A stretch of DNA of 64,000 bases from Candidatus Latescibacterota bacterium. GTDB lineage: Bacteria > Latescibacterota > UBA2968 > GCA-2709665. Both the position numbers and the translations under genes were made by a program. This document shows, in pieces, positions 1 to 10,036 of this stretch. How positions within the stretch are numbered: the stretch's first letter is position 1; each line of letters starts with the position of its first letter. A model generated the notes under the pieces. The model was not told where the DNA came from and made no database searches. It was given only the letters and a program-made list of their open reading frames with translations. The stretch is taken from contig OZ244937.1 of the NCBI GenBank assembly GCA_965222075.1, forward strand, positions 2,432,001 to 2,496,000, given 5' to 3'.

Positions 1-1856
1 TTGCGCCAGGCGGTCTCACTTGCGTCCAGCGACAGGTTGAGGAAGACGACCGGTTGATCGGCCGTTTCTTCCTTGATTCTTCGGAGATAGGGCAGATTGC
101 CGATACACGGACCGCACCAGCTCGCCCAGAAGTCCAGGAGCACCACCTTGCCCCTGAACTGGCTCAGCGATACCGGCTGCCCGTCCAGGTCATCGAGCGT
201 GAAATCGGGCGCCGGACGCCCCGGTTGCAGCGTCAGCGCCTTGTCCAGGGCCGCCTGGACCGCCGCGTTGTATTCCGGATAAGGATTAATCTCCCGGAAA
301 TCTTCCCACTTGCGGTGGACCGACGCAAAGGCTTCGCTACCTCTCCTGAACCCGCTGATCAGCTCTCCGGCCAGGAACCAGTAGAGCACTCTCCCCTCCA
401 GTTTCTGACTGGCCAGATCGTATCTTCTTGAAAAACTCCACATCCTGGCACTGTTGGCATAGATCGAGTCGAGTTGCACCTGGACCGCTTCCGATAGCCC
501 CAGACCCGACAGATCGACCATCTCGGACAGCCTGAGCGGTTGACGGTGTTCGTAGAGAGAGTCCAGCCGGGCCTGGACTGCCTCCGACAGACCCAGACTC
601 GACAGATCGACCTCTTCGGACAATTTTGTCGTCCTATTAAGCTGTTCAAGACCTGTCCCTTCTTTCACAGGCAGCCGGAAAACCAGCGCCCCGCCCGTCG
701 TATCGACCCTGGGCGTGTCGATCTGACTTGAAGTGATGATGCTAAAGGACCTACCACTCTTTTCGAAAAATGAGTCGAGCCGGGCCTGGGCTGTCTCCGA
801 TAAACCCAGCTTCGCCAAATCGAACATCTGGGATAGCCTGGGCTTACCCTTCTTTTCGTACAGGGAGTCGAGCCGGGCCTGAACCGATTGCGACAGACCA
901 ACCCCTGACAGATTGACCATTTTTGACAGCCTGGGGCGTCGACCATCCTTTTCGTACAGAGAGTCAAGTTGGGCCCGGGTCTCCTCTGACAGCTCCAAAC
1001 CCGATAGATCGTACACCTCGGACAACCTGGATGGTCTGGGCATCTCATCCAACTCCCGGTCCAGGGTCCGAACAAGGAAGGTATGATAATTTCCCACGCC
1101 AATGGCCTTCTCGTCAACCAGCGGGATCTCCTTCAGAAAATCGTAGTACTCCGGCGTGATATCTCTGTTCTTGCGGCCGTTGGCAAACCGGTAATCGGTC
1201 GGGTACGAAATCATGAACCTGGCCCACCCGTAGTTGAAGTAGGCCGTCGCATAGTCAACAAACCCTGGAGAGAGCGCGTATTTCTCGCGCCGCCTGGCCA
1301 GGAAATCGAACTGGTCGCTACGCCACTGGTCCACCTTGTGAGAAAAGTCCTCCACCTTCAGATCCTTGTAATCCAGTCCCCGCTGGAAAGTCCGAAATCT
1401 CGGGATCCACTCCCCTATGAAGCGGCTGTTGTCCGCGTTTTGGCCACTGAACCGGAAGGAGGTAGAAAAATAGCCCGGATCTACGACGACATGCAGACTG
1501 TCCCCGGGTTCCACGAAAAGGGCCAGGGGGCCGGGAGGCCCGAACAGGTAGGCCCCCACCCACCGCACCCACTTCCATCCGGGCTGCCTGCTCTTGTAAC
1601 GCCCTATGACGAGGGTTCCCCGGGTGACAGGCAGCGTGAGGGTGAAGCGGTTCCGGCTGTCCAGAACAACACGCTGCTCGGACTTTCTTCCCAGAGCCAA
1701 CGGCGACTCGTAGCCAAACGTGATTTCCCGCGAAATTGGCTCCCGAATTTCACCGGTGATGATCGCCACCGATGGCTGGCTCTGGCCGCCTTCTGCGGTC
1801 AGGCAGGTGCTCGAGATGAGTATGGCAACCAGGACACGACAGTAATTGTTCGTCAT
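1..1856 (-). CDS. Secreted TlpA/ResA-family thiol-disulfide oxidoreductase with five internal ~29-aa repeats (3' end outside window)
   Basis: Not in the ORF track (no stop in window). Manual translation from ATG 1856 after CAGGAG gives MTNNYCRVLVAILISSTCL..., open through APDFTLDDLDGQPVSLSQFRGKVVLLDFWASWCGPC (CxxC redoxin motif). Confidence 0.85.
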   Translation of the reverse strand, partial: MTNNYCRVLVAILISSTCLTAEGGQSQPSVAIITGEIREPISREITFGYESPLALGRKSEQRVVLDSRNRFTLTLPVTRGTLVIGRYKSRQPGWKWVRWVGAYLFGPPGPLALFVEPGDSLHVVVDPGYFSTSFRFSGQNADNSRFIGEWIPRFRTFQRGLDYKDLKVEDFSHKVDQWRSDQFDFLARRREKYALSPGFVDYATAYFNYGWARFMISYPTDYRFANGRKNRDITPEYYDFLKEIPLVDEKAIGVGNYHTFLVRTLDRELDEMPRPSRLSEVYDLSGLELSEETRAQLDSLYEKDGRRPRLSKMVNLSGVGLSQSVQARLDSLYEKKGKPRLSQMFDLAKLGLSETAQARLDSFFEKSGRSFSIITSSQIDTPRVDTTGGALVFRLPVKEGTGLEQLNRTTKLSEEVDLSSLGLSEAVQARLDSLYEHRQPLRLSEMVDLSGLGLSEAVQVQLDSIYANSARMWSFSRRYDLASQKLEGRVLYWFLAGELISGFRRGSEAFASVHRKWEDFREINPYPEYNAAVQAALDKALTLQPGRPAPDFTLDDLDGQPVSLSQFRGKVVLLDFWASWCGPCIGNLPYLRRIKEETADQPVVFLNLSLDASETAWR

Positions 1857-1918
1857 GAGACTATCTCCTGAATTTAAGGTTCTACTTCACCGGGATTTTG
1901 CAGGCAATCCCGTCGCTT

Positions 1919-4036
1919 TCAGCGCCGACCGCGCCATACTGCCCGGGCGTCACCCGGTCGCCCGGGGGCCTCAAAGACAACCAGATTATCGTTCAGCACG
2001 GCGTAGATATAATCGCCCGCCGGAATGATGTTATTGTGCACCCGGTAGCTCAGGTAGCTCTTTGGGGGTTTGCCGACAATGCGGGAGACCTCGTCCTGGT
2101 CCGCAAGGCCCAGGGTCTCCCGCCGCGAAAAGGCGCCGTACCCGGTCAATGCATAAACCCCGATCTTCTTCCAGCCCAGATCGTAAGCGAAATCGCCGTC
2201 CATAGTCTTCAGTCCACCAGGAAAATAGCCCCTCGGGATGTAATCGACCTCCACCGGTCGTCGCGGATCGCTGATGTCCACCACGGCCAGCTCCCGGGGC
2301 AAGTGCCGCTCGACATAGGCCCTGTCGCCTCCCAGGGTGACGGAGCCCAATCTCGGCGGCGTGGCGACCCGGTAGTGGCGCTCGCCGTCGGCTCCCCGCT
2401 GGTACATATACAGTGCCCCCAGCTCTGGGCCGGCCTCTTCCAGCCTCTGTGCGAGAGATTCCGGAAGCGCTCCGGGAGACAACTGCTGATGGAGATTTTC
2501 GACCAGTTCCTCGTACTGCACGGCGCGCCCGAAACGACGCAGCGGAGTTCGGCTCAGCTCTTCAGGCCGGCCCGGATCCGTCAGATCCAGGACCACGAAA
2601 TCGTGCCCCAGAGTCAGAAAAGCGTGCGGGCCGGCCACGCGTATCTCCGAGTCGTAGTTCCAGACATGTCTGGTCGTCTTTTCGAGCGGCAGTACGTGGA
2701 CCGGTTGGGGCAAACCGCCCTCCCGCACGTCGAAACTGTGCAACTCCAGGAACTCCCTGCCGAGCAGGCCGGCGTACAGATGCCCCTTCCATACCGCCCA
2801 CCCCACCAGCCGGGGGATGCGCCGCAGCCACGGGGTGGGACCCTTCTCGATCGGATAGAGCAAGCTTTGCGCCTGCAGTTGGGGGTGCTCAGGCCGGCTG
2901 AGATCGAATACGGCTACGCCCACGCTGTCCTGGGCCTCGGCCTCTCCCCAGACATAGACAGTGGTGCCGGACAGGGCCAGCCGCTCGAGCCGCCAGCCCT
3001 CTATTTCCACCCGGCCGACCTCCGCAGGTGCCCGCGGGTCAGCCACGTCCACCACGCTCACCCCCCGCTCAAGCAGCACCACTGCCAGTTCCTCTTTCAG
3101 CGTCAGATCCGTGATACGCGTCGCAAAGGGAAGGCGGCCCACCGGCTCGACTGCCTTGACCGGCGCCTGCACAGAATACTCCGTAGCAACCAACCCGATC
3201 AAGATGACCCCACAGATCAGCGCGAGCCCTCCCGCGGTCCACTGAAAGCGCCTGCCCGCCTGCACCCTCAACCCGCGGCGCGCCCACAGGAGCACCCCCG
3301 CTGCAAGCAGGGCGGCCGCTGCGCCCCGGGTCAGGAAAAGAGAGGGGTCAAAGGCCTGGCGCAGGATTCCGGCATTGGTGTCTATCACACTGTAGAACAC
3401 CAGCCCGAAATAGAACCTGGCCATACGCGGAGCCAGCATCCACGCGCTTCCCAAAAAAAACAGTCCGACCCAGGCCACCATCAAGCCGGTCATCGCTGCC
3501 TTGAGGGGATGGTCGGTAAAAGCCGAAGCCAGGAACACTGCGGCGTACAGCACTACGTAGAGGAAAAACCACAGCAGAAGCATACGGAGGTAACCGACAT
3601 CCGCCAGGACCTCCTGGAAATTCACCCATACGCTGCTGTGGAGCGGACCCAGAAAAATCACCAACAGGAAGTTGAAATTCCCCCATTCCGACACCGCGAA
3701 CACCCCGGCCCAGTACGCCGCCAGCACTACCAGCAACCCGGCCGCTCCCACGGCGAACTTCACCCCCAGCAGCCGGCCTGGTCCCAGCGGTCGGCTCACC
3801 AGAAAGGGCAGCGTCCCCCGGCTGCGCTCATCGGCCACCACGCCAACACCCATCAGCACAGCGCCCAAAATGCCCACCAGATGGCTCGTCATCTCGATAT
3901 TCAGGCCAATGCCGCCGTGGTGGGAACCGACTTCGGGAAGGGCCAACCCGGCGACCAGAGCCAGGCCCGCACCGGCGGCGATTTTGTAGGCCGCCTCCCG
4001 TCCCTCTTTCCACAGCAAAGCTCGAATCGGATTCAC
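1919..4036 (-). CDS. ABC-2 type permease fused to LVIVD-repeat beta-propeller
   Basis: IRALLWKE start, ADERSRGTLPFLVSRP motif, several TM helices, repeated VVDVADPRAP / VLDLTDPGRP / VVDISDPRRP motifs. Confidence 0.8.
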   Translation of the reverse strand: MNPIRALLWKEGREAAYKIAAGAGLALVAGLALPEVGSHHGGIGLNIEMTSHLVGILGAVLMGVGVVADERSRGTLPFLVSRPLGPGRLLGVKFAVGAAGLLVVLAAYWAGVFAVSEWGNFNFLLVIFLGPLHSSVWVNFQEVLADVGYLRMLLLWFFLYVVLYAAVFLASAFTDHPLKAAMTGLMVAWVGLFFLGSAWMLAPRMARFYFGLVFYSVIDTNAGILRQAFDPSLFLTRGAAAALLAAGVLLWARRGLRVQAGRRFQWTAGGLALICGVILIGLVATEYSVQAPVKAVEPVGRLPFATRITDLTLKEELAVVLLERGVSVVDVADPRAPAEVGRVEIEGWRLERLALSGTTVYVWGEAEAQDSVGVAVFDLSRPEHPQLQAQSLLYPIEKGPTPWLRRIPRLVGWAVWKGHLYAGLLGREFLELHSFDVREGGLPQPVHVLPLEKTTRHVWNYDSEIRVAGPHAFLTLGHDFVVLDLTDPGRPEELSRTPLRRFGRAVQYEELVENLHQQLSPGALPESLAQRLEEAGPELGALYMYQRGADGERHYRVATPPRLGSVTLGGDRAYVERHLPRELAVVDISDPRRPVEVDYIPRGYFPGGLKTMDGDFAYDLGWKKIGVYALTGYGAFSRRETLGLADQDEVSRIVGKPPKSYLSYRVHNNIIPAGDYIYAVLNDNLVVFEAPGRPGDARAVWRGRR

Positions 4037-4932
4037 GGTCTTCCTCCTTCCGCGGGGCGGACGTGAGACACGAAAGCCTCCTCCAGGCTCAGGTCCAGTA
4101 CATCGACGACCCGCCCGCCCTGCGTCTCAATCTGCGCCGCCTGCGCCTCGCCGTATCCCATCACGGTCAACAGCCGCTGCGCCCCCTCTCCCTGCACCTG
4201 CCGCAAACCGGCAATACCGGTCAGCTCACCCGCCTCATCGCACAGCCGTACCACCACCCGCTTGACCGACTGTTTCACCTCGTCCACCGTGCCTTCCGCC
4301 ACCAGGCGGCCCTGATGGATAATGGCCACCCGGTCGGCCACCCGCTCCACCTCGTGGACCAGGTGTGACGACAGAAAGACCGTGCGCCCCTCCTCCTGGA
4401 TGAGCCCGATGATGCTCTCCAGAAAGTCACGCCGCACCAACACATCCAGCCCCATGGCCGGCTCGTCCAGGATCAACAGACGCGGCTCATGCCCCAGGGC
4501 CAGGGCCAGGGCCAGCTGGGCGTTCATGCCGCGGGAGAGGTGCTTGACCTTCTGCTCCGGGTCCAGGCCGAAGCGGTCGATCAGCCCCTCGACCTTGTCC
4601 GGGTTCCAGGTGTCGTAGAACTGGCCGGTGAACCAGACCAGCTCCCGCACCTTCATCCACCCGTACAGGACTGGATTCTCCGCCACGTACCCCACCTGTC
4701 GCCTCAGTTCCAGAAAATCCCGCGCCGGGTCCAGCCCCAGCACCTCTACCCGCCCCGCCGTGGGTTGGAGCAGGTTCATCAGTACCTGGATGGTCGTGGT
4801 CTTGCCGGCGCCGTTGCGCCCCAGAAAGCCGCAGACCGTGCCGGTGGGCACCTTTAGCTGGAGATCGTCCACGGCCGTACGCTTGCCGAAGCAGTGGGTC
4901 AAACCTGCCATGGCGATGGCTGTACCGTTCAT
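4033..4932 (-). CDS. ABC transporter ATP-binding protein (YtrB-like)
   Basis: Walker A GRNGAGKTT, LSRGM signature, LILDEP Walker B, SSH loop. Confidence 0.95.
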   Translation of the reverse strand: MNGTAIAMAGLTHCFGKRTAVDDLQLKVPTGTVCGFLGRNGAGKTTTIQVLMNLLQPTAGRVEVLGLDPARDFLELRRQVGYVAENPVLYGWMKVRELVWFTGQFYDTWNPDKVEGLIDRFGLDPEQKVKHLSRGMNAQLALALALGHEPRLLILDEPAMGLDVLVRRDFLESIIGLIQEEGRTVFLSSHLVHEVERVADRVAIIHQGRLVAEGTVDEVKQSVKRVVVRLCDEAGELTGIAGLRQVQGEGAQRLLTVMGYGEAQAAQIETQGGRVVDVLDLSLEEAFVSHVRPAEGGRP

Positions 4933-4951
4933 ATCGACTCCTTCCTTTGGG

Positions 4952-5332
4952 TCAATCCTCTCTTCGGAACTGGTTCAGACACTCCCGAAAGACCTGCAGC
5001 GTCTCCGCCGGGCTCAGCCCCAATTCGGCGGCCTGAACCAGGGCCCTTTCGAGCAACGGCCGCACGATCTCGAACTTTTCCTCCTGAGACATGGTCACCT
5101 CCTTCTCGGCCACGTACGTGCCCATGCCGCGCTTCTTGTAGATCGCCCCGTCGCGTTCCAATTCCAGATAGGCCCGGACCACCGTATTCGGGTTGATCAG
5201 GTAATGGCTGGCGAGAGCCCGCACCGACGGCAACTCGTCGTGCGCTTTGAGCACCCCCCGGGCCATCTGGTACCTGATCTGCTCGATGATCTGCAGGTAG
5301 ATGGGAACCCCATTGGCCGAATCTATGCGCAA
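4952..5332 (-). CDS. GntR family regulator, YtrA subfamily
   Basis: PIYLQIIEQI...LPSVRALA...INPNTVVRAYLELE...RGMGTYV, short C-terminus, heads an ABC operon. Confidence 0.92.
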   Translation of the reverse strand: MRIDSANGVPIYLQIIEQIRYQMARGVLKAHDELPSVRALASHYLINPNTVVRAYLELERDGAIYKKRGMGTYVAEKEVTMSQEEKFEIVRPLLERALVQAAELGLSPAETLQVFRECLNQFRRED

Positions 5333-5392
5333 GTGTAAAATGGCAACTCTCCTGATCTATCCTGTCCCTACCTCATAACGCATTGCCTACAG

Positions 5393-5424
5393 TATCACTG
5401 TATCGGTTAACCGATACAGTGATA
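5393..5424. promoter_or_regulatory. Perfect 32 bp palindrome, probable YtrA operator
   Basis: TATCACTGTATCGGTT|AACCGATACAGTGATA, 60 bp upstream of the GntR gene; TGTA...TACA core fits YtrA-type sites. Confidence 0.75.
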
Positions 5425-6012
5425 TAATAACCATTCCCCTCTGCTCAGTCAAGTACTTTTTTTTCCAACCGGCAAAAAAATGGGCCAGGATTTTAATACT
5501 GGCCTATAGCTTAATTATAAAAATCAATATGTTAGAAGAATTTTTTCTTTTTCAGCTTAGGACCAGTAATTTCCGGTTAAGATTTTGCTGGGGTCAAAAA
5601 GCTGTTAAAATCTCCGCAAGGTATTTCTAAACAAAATGTTAAGCATAAAAACTTGCTTCGACACGACCGATATCTACCTTGGATAACCCTGCCAAACGGC
5701 GCTCTCGGAACCCATCGCCTTCGGGATGACGCCCAGATTGCTCAACTCGACTGCTCTTTGATCAAAAAGACTGTGCCGAAAGGCCCAAATCGTCCAAAAG
5801 GCCATTGGAAAGGCCTCGTTTGTATCCGATTTTTCGCTCGGAATCCTTAAGCAGGATGGTATGGCAAGAAAGGCTTCTGAGTTAAACCTTTGTTTCTAAT
5901 TGTCTTATTAAACGTTCCTTTGGCAAGCAATTTTCTAACCGGAAATTACTGCTTAGGACAAAAAAACGGCGCTTTTTCGCGTCTTCGGACGGCTGCATCT
6001 ACGTCACGCTTT

Positions 6013-6108
6013 GGTTGTAACGCCGCTCACATGAAAAAATCGGACCCGATGCACGGGTCCGAGGGCACCAACGATGGCTGGATGAGGCCCTGACGGTGAG
6101 CGGTTGTA
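6013..6108 (-). other. attC-like imperfect inverted repeat downstream of the methyltransferase
   Basis: Minus strand TTACAAC-CGCTCAC ... GTGAGCG-GC-GTTACAA with an inner hairpin CGGACCCG/CGGGTCCG. Confidence 0.35.
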
Positions 6109-6179
6109 AAGAGTTGCACACAGGGCCCCAAGAACCTTTTTGAATCCTTCAAAAATTCCCTGTCTTCTACTTCTTGGCT

Positions 6180-7373
6180 TTAGAATAATGTCTGTTGGAG
6201 CGACGGTTTATCTACTGCCAGCTTCGCTCCCTCATCCTCCTGAATCGGTTCCGGCTTTTCATTTGTTGATTCGAATATCTCCTTGTTGAGTAAATTCCAT
6301 ACGCCACAATATTTCTCCTGTGGATTCGGATCATAGCGCATCTCGAATTCTCGGCTTGAGAGCTTCCTGATCTCTCTCAGACCATTGACCAGAATTTCCA
6401 ATTCCTGCCTTGTCATAACAGGAAATCCGTAGTTTTTGTTTCTGTATTTCAGTGCGCCCTTGACAGCTGTTCTCGCTCTTACAAATTCTATGTGTCTCGC
6501 CAGCCTCTCGTCAATATACTGATTGGAGAACTCTACAATGTCAGTTGTTCTTGCGATCAGTGCATCTGAAAAATTCGGGTCAATTTCATAGCCTACGCTG
6601 TTTCTGCAAGAAGCCATCGCAGCTGCCATAGAGGTGCCGGTTCCCAAAAAAGGATCCAAGATTAAATCTCCCTTCACAGAGAACATATTGATCAACCTGT
6701 ATGCCAATTCAAATGGGAAAGCCGCGCTTCTCTTCCGGACACCTTGATCATCCAACCTTTGCCTGGCTCCCTTCATATCCATCCAGATATCAGAAAACCA
6801 TATATTTCTTTCTTCCCAGAAAAAGCTGCTCCTCTTCCGGCGAAGTTCGTCTTCCTGCTTCTCGAACTCCCTCTTCCCTCCTTTCCTTAAGACAAGAATG
6901 AATTCGTGCTCTAAGGTAACATAAGCACCTGGCGGCAACATACCACTGCCCATGAACTTATTGGGTGCGTTAGTCTGTTTTCTCCACAGAATTTCCGGCA
7001 ATGCCTGAAAGCCTGCCTTCAAACAATGGTGTACAATTCTTGAATGGCTGGGATAGAGCTTGAAATCTCCGTTTATCGTTCTTGTGGCATCACCTATGTT
7101 GATGCAGGCAATACCTCCTGACTTCAAAACTCTATAGACCTCATGCCATACCTTATCAAGAAGCTGATTCATTAACTCAAATGCACGATTGCCATCTTTG
7201 TTCTGCAATGCTTCCCTTATTTCAGGATTCTGCTCACTAAAGACCTCATCCCACATCTCAATCATAGGATAAGGCGGTGAAGTAATCATCAAGTCCACAG
7301 AGTCGGACTTAAGTTCTTTCATATTATTGGCATTGCCAAAAAATATCTTATGTGTAGTTTTTAGCCCACCCAC
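6180..7373 (-). CDS. N4-cytosine DNA methyltransferase, beta class (M.MjaI/Zim-like, probably CTAG)
   Basis: TSPPY catalytic motif (ITSPPYPMIEMWD) N-terminal, DPFLGTGT SAM motif C-terminal; low GC. Confidence 0.9.
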   Translation of the reverse strand: MGGLKTTHKIFFGNANNMKELKSDSVDLMITSPPYPMIEMWDEVFSEQNPEIREALQNKDGNRAFELMNQLLDKVWHEVYRVLKSGGIACINIGDATRTINGDFKLYPSHSRIVHHCLKAGFQALPEILWRKQTNAPNKFMGSGMLPPGAYVTLEHEFILVLRKGGKREFEKQEDELRRKRSSFFWEERNIWFSDIWMDMKGARQRLDDQGVRKRSAAFPFELAYRLINMFSVKGDLILDPFLGTGTSMAAAMASCRNSVGYEIDPNFSDALIARTTDIVEFSNQYIDERLARHIEFVRARTAVKGALKYRNKNYGFPVMTRQELEILVNGLREIRKLSSREFEMRYDPNPQEKYCGVWNLLNKEIFESTNEKPEPIQEDEGAKLAVDKPSLQQTLF

Positions 7374-7495
7374 TTTTCCTAATCATCCTCCATACTCTTT
7401 TCCCAAGTTCAGTAGCCTGATACAGCCTGCTTTTGCGATCATTTTCACTCAGACATACAGACTGATATGTAATCCTGTAACATATCTCTATCTCG

Positions 7496-8095
7496 TCAAA
7501 ATAGTGTTGCTTGGTCTTCATCTGGTATTTCTATTCTAATACCGTCTTTCTTCTTATCATAATAGACAATAGTTGCATCAATTGACTCAGCCAGGCTTGG
7601 CTTTGATTTATAGGTGATTGGTTTGATTGAAACTGGCTGATCACCAACAAATCCATCTATCCCTTGTTTTTCTTCATAAGGATGAGCCAGACGATAATCA
7701 CAACCTTTCAACTCAGCCATCCTCTTCAAAATTGCTTCTTGAAACCGAAGGCCTGTAAAAGTCTTCACAAGCACTAAATCCTCGACCCATCTTTTGACAA
7801 GCTCTCGGCCAATAGCTGGAAATGCTGTTTGTAACTTTTCCAGCATTGACATAATCCTGTCAGTGGCACTATCAATCGCGTCGGGATTGTTTTGGAGATA
7901 CCACCCAACCCATTCCTGATATGTTCTGCCCGGAAACTGCTGAATCAGTTCGCTCAGTTGTCCGACTACTTTTGGTCTGGTTCCCTGCGCATTTTGATTA
8001 GCCAGATTGATTATCTGGGTTGTATATTTTGGAAAATCCGACAGAGGGGCATCTACATACTCCTGAATCTCTTCATTTCTGAGCTTAAGTCGCAC
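7496..8095 (-). CDS. MjaI-family type II restriction endonuclease
   Basis: FPKYTTQIINLANQNAQGTRPKVVGQLSELI and GIDG...VSIKP (PD-(D/E)xK-like); adjacent to the MTase. Confidence 0.82.
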   Translation of the reverse strand: MRLKLRNEEIQEYVDAPLSDFPKYTTQIINLANQNAQGTRPKVVGQLSELIQQFPGRTYQEWVGWYLQNNPDAIDSATDRIMSMLEKLQTAFPAIGRELVKRWVEDLVLVKTFTGLRFQEAILKRMAELKGCDYRLAHPYEEKQGIDGFVGDQPVSIKPITYKSKPSLAESIDATIVYYDKKKDGIRIEIPDEDQATLF

Positions 8096-8231
8096 AGATC
8101 ACCTCGCAGAAATATGGCCTCCACTGTCCTGGCTCTCGTAAGATAGTCACTATTTCTGAAATGGTCAATGGTAAGGACAACAGCGGGAAAAAATCCTTGG
8201 CCTTGCGTATCGGAAATTCTTCGTATCCTCA

Positions 8232-9839
8232 TTATCGGCTGAAAGTCGCAGTTCCGCCATCGCGGCGTGGGTCCGACGCTGCATCAAAGCCGCCCTGATC
8301 GATGACGATACACTGCACTCTGGCAAAAGATGGAGCGTAGTTGAAGAACTGCTGCTCGACCTGCATGCCCCGGCTTTGCAAAGCCTCCACCGTGGCCTGC
8401 GGGATGCGCAGCTCGCAGAACACGGGCTGGCCTTCACTGTGGAAGCGCGGCGCGGATACCGCCTCCGTGGGTGACATTCCAAAGTCCACAATATTCACAA
8501 TGGCCTGCACGACGGCCGAGGTGATAGACCAGCCTCCCGGCGCTCCCACCACCATGCAGGGTCGGCCATCGCGGAAGATGATGGTAGGGGAAATGGCGCT
8601 GGCGCGTGCCTTGCCGGGCACGTACGAGTTGGGCCGGCCCGGAATGGGGTCCATCAGCGCAACACAATCATTCCAGTACGTCCCTGTGCCGGGCACCACA
8701 ACGCCGCTGCATGTGGTCAGGGTGTGGGTTATGGTAACGCAGTTGCCCTGTTCGTCGGCAGCGCACAGATGCGTCGTGTGCCCGGGAGCATCGAGCGTTT
8801 TGTGGTCGGGCAGCTCGCGCCGCCTGATACGGGCGGCGATATCCGCGGCGTGCTCGCGGGAGAGAAGCTGCTCCACTGGCACGTCCCAGAACCGAGGGTC
8901 CGCCAGGTGCCGGAAGCGAGTCACGCCGGCCCAGGAGAGCGTTGCGGCGATGATATAGGCGTGGTCCGGCCCGTTGTGCTCCAGGGAAGACAGATCGAAG
9001 CATTCGAGCACGTTTAGCATCTGTTGGAGCAGAAGACCGCCGCCCGGCAGGGGAGGAGAGTGGACGTCGCAGTCACGGTAAATGCCCTGAATGGGTGATT
9101 CGCGCCGCACCTGGTAGCGTTCAAGATCGGCTCGAGTGACAAAGGCATCGTTCTCCTCGAAGTCGCGGGCGATCTCATCGGCCAGTTCACCACGGTAGAA
9201 ATCCTCCGGACCGTGCCTGACCAGCCGCTCCAAAGTACGTGCCTGATCGGGATTGCTGTAATGATCGCCGCGCCCGCGCAGCTCGCCGTCGGCCTTCTGC
9301 CACAAGGCCCTGATACCGGGGGTGCATTGCGCACGCAGCCTTGGGTGGGGCAGACCCTGGATGGATGACTCCCGCAGGACTGCGGCCACGTATTCAGGCA
9401 CGGGATAGCCTTGTTCGCTCCATTCAATAGCGGGTTGAAGGAGCTCCGCCCACGACCGGGTGCAATAGCGCCGGTGCAGCTCGCCCAGGCCGGCCACCGT
9501 GCCGGGGGTCATAATCGCCTGGTAGCCGAGCATGTTGCGGAAGTCGTCGAACAGGGCAAAGTGCCAGATATCGGTGAAGCCGCGCACATCGTTCACCCAG
9601 ATTTCCGGGTACATCCGCTCGCCGATGGTCGGCCAGAATCCGATGCTCTCGGTCCTGCCGCAGCGTGCGTCGTACACAGTGGCGCTGCCCCAGCCGCCAA
9701 GCCCGCACATAAACGGGTCGAACACGATCTGAGCGACCGCGGCAGCGACGGCGGCATCGAACGCATTTCCGCCGCGCTCAAGCATCCGGGCGCCTATCTC
9801 TGTGGCCATAGGTTGCGGAGCAACGACTACGCCCTTCAT
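8232..9839 (-). CDS. ggt: Gamma-glutamyltransferase family protein
   Basis: GGNAFDAAVAA, TTH nucleophile motif, GAPGG, PRFH, SDPRRDG; start moved to MKGVVVAP after GAGGAGG. Confidence 0.9.
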   Translation of the reverse strand: MKGVVVAPQPMATEIGARMLERGGNAFDAAVAAAVAQIVFDPFMCGLGGWGSATVYDARCGRTESIGFWPTIGERMYPEIWVNDVRGFTDIWHFALFDDFRNMLGYQAIMTPGTVAGLGELHRRYCTRSWAELLQPAIEWSEQGYPVPEYVAAVLRESSIQGLPHPRLRAQCTPGIRALWQKADGELRGRGDHYSNPDQARTLERLVRHGPEDFYRGELADEIARDFEENDAFVTRADLERYQVRRESPIQGIYRDCDVHSPPLPGGGLLLQQMLNVLECFDLSSLEHNGPDHAYIIAATLSWAGVTRFRHLADPRFWDVPVEQLLSREHAADIAARIRRRELPDHKTLDAPGHTTHLCAADEQGNCVTITHTLTTCSGVVVPGTGTYWNDCVALMDPIPGRPNSYVPGKARASAISPTIIFRDGRPCMVVGAPGGWSITSAVVQAIVNIVDFGMSPTEAVSAPRFHSEGQPVFCELRIPQATVEALQSRGMQVEQQFFNYAPSFARVQCIVIDQGGFDAASDPRRDGGTATFSR

Positions 9840-10036
9840 ACGTTGTCTCCTCCTCTTGTCGTGTGGACCGCCACGAAGCGGGTGATGCCACGATGCCTGG
9901 TGGTGAAACAGATCCGTTTTTGTACCATCCCGTCTCCCGGCCCGCAATCCCGAAGCACAAATGAGGAGAAACCATTCGGGAGATAAGCGACACGGTGGCC
10001 GATCCCCGGTATGTTGTCGCGTGATAGACGGTCGGT

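Noticed and set aside
1898-4066. 722-aa plus-strand ORF, and similar long antisense ORFs at 24980-26575, 27901-29721 and 50535-53684
   Set aside because: Shadows of well-supported genes in high-GC3 sequence; no recognisable motifs.
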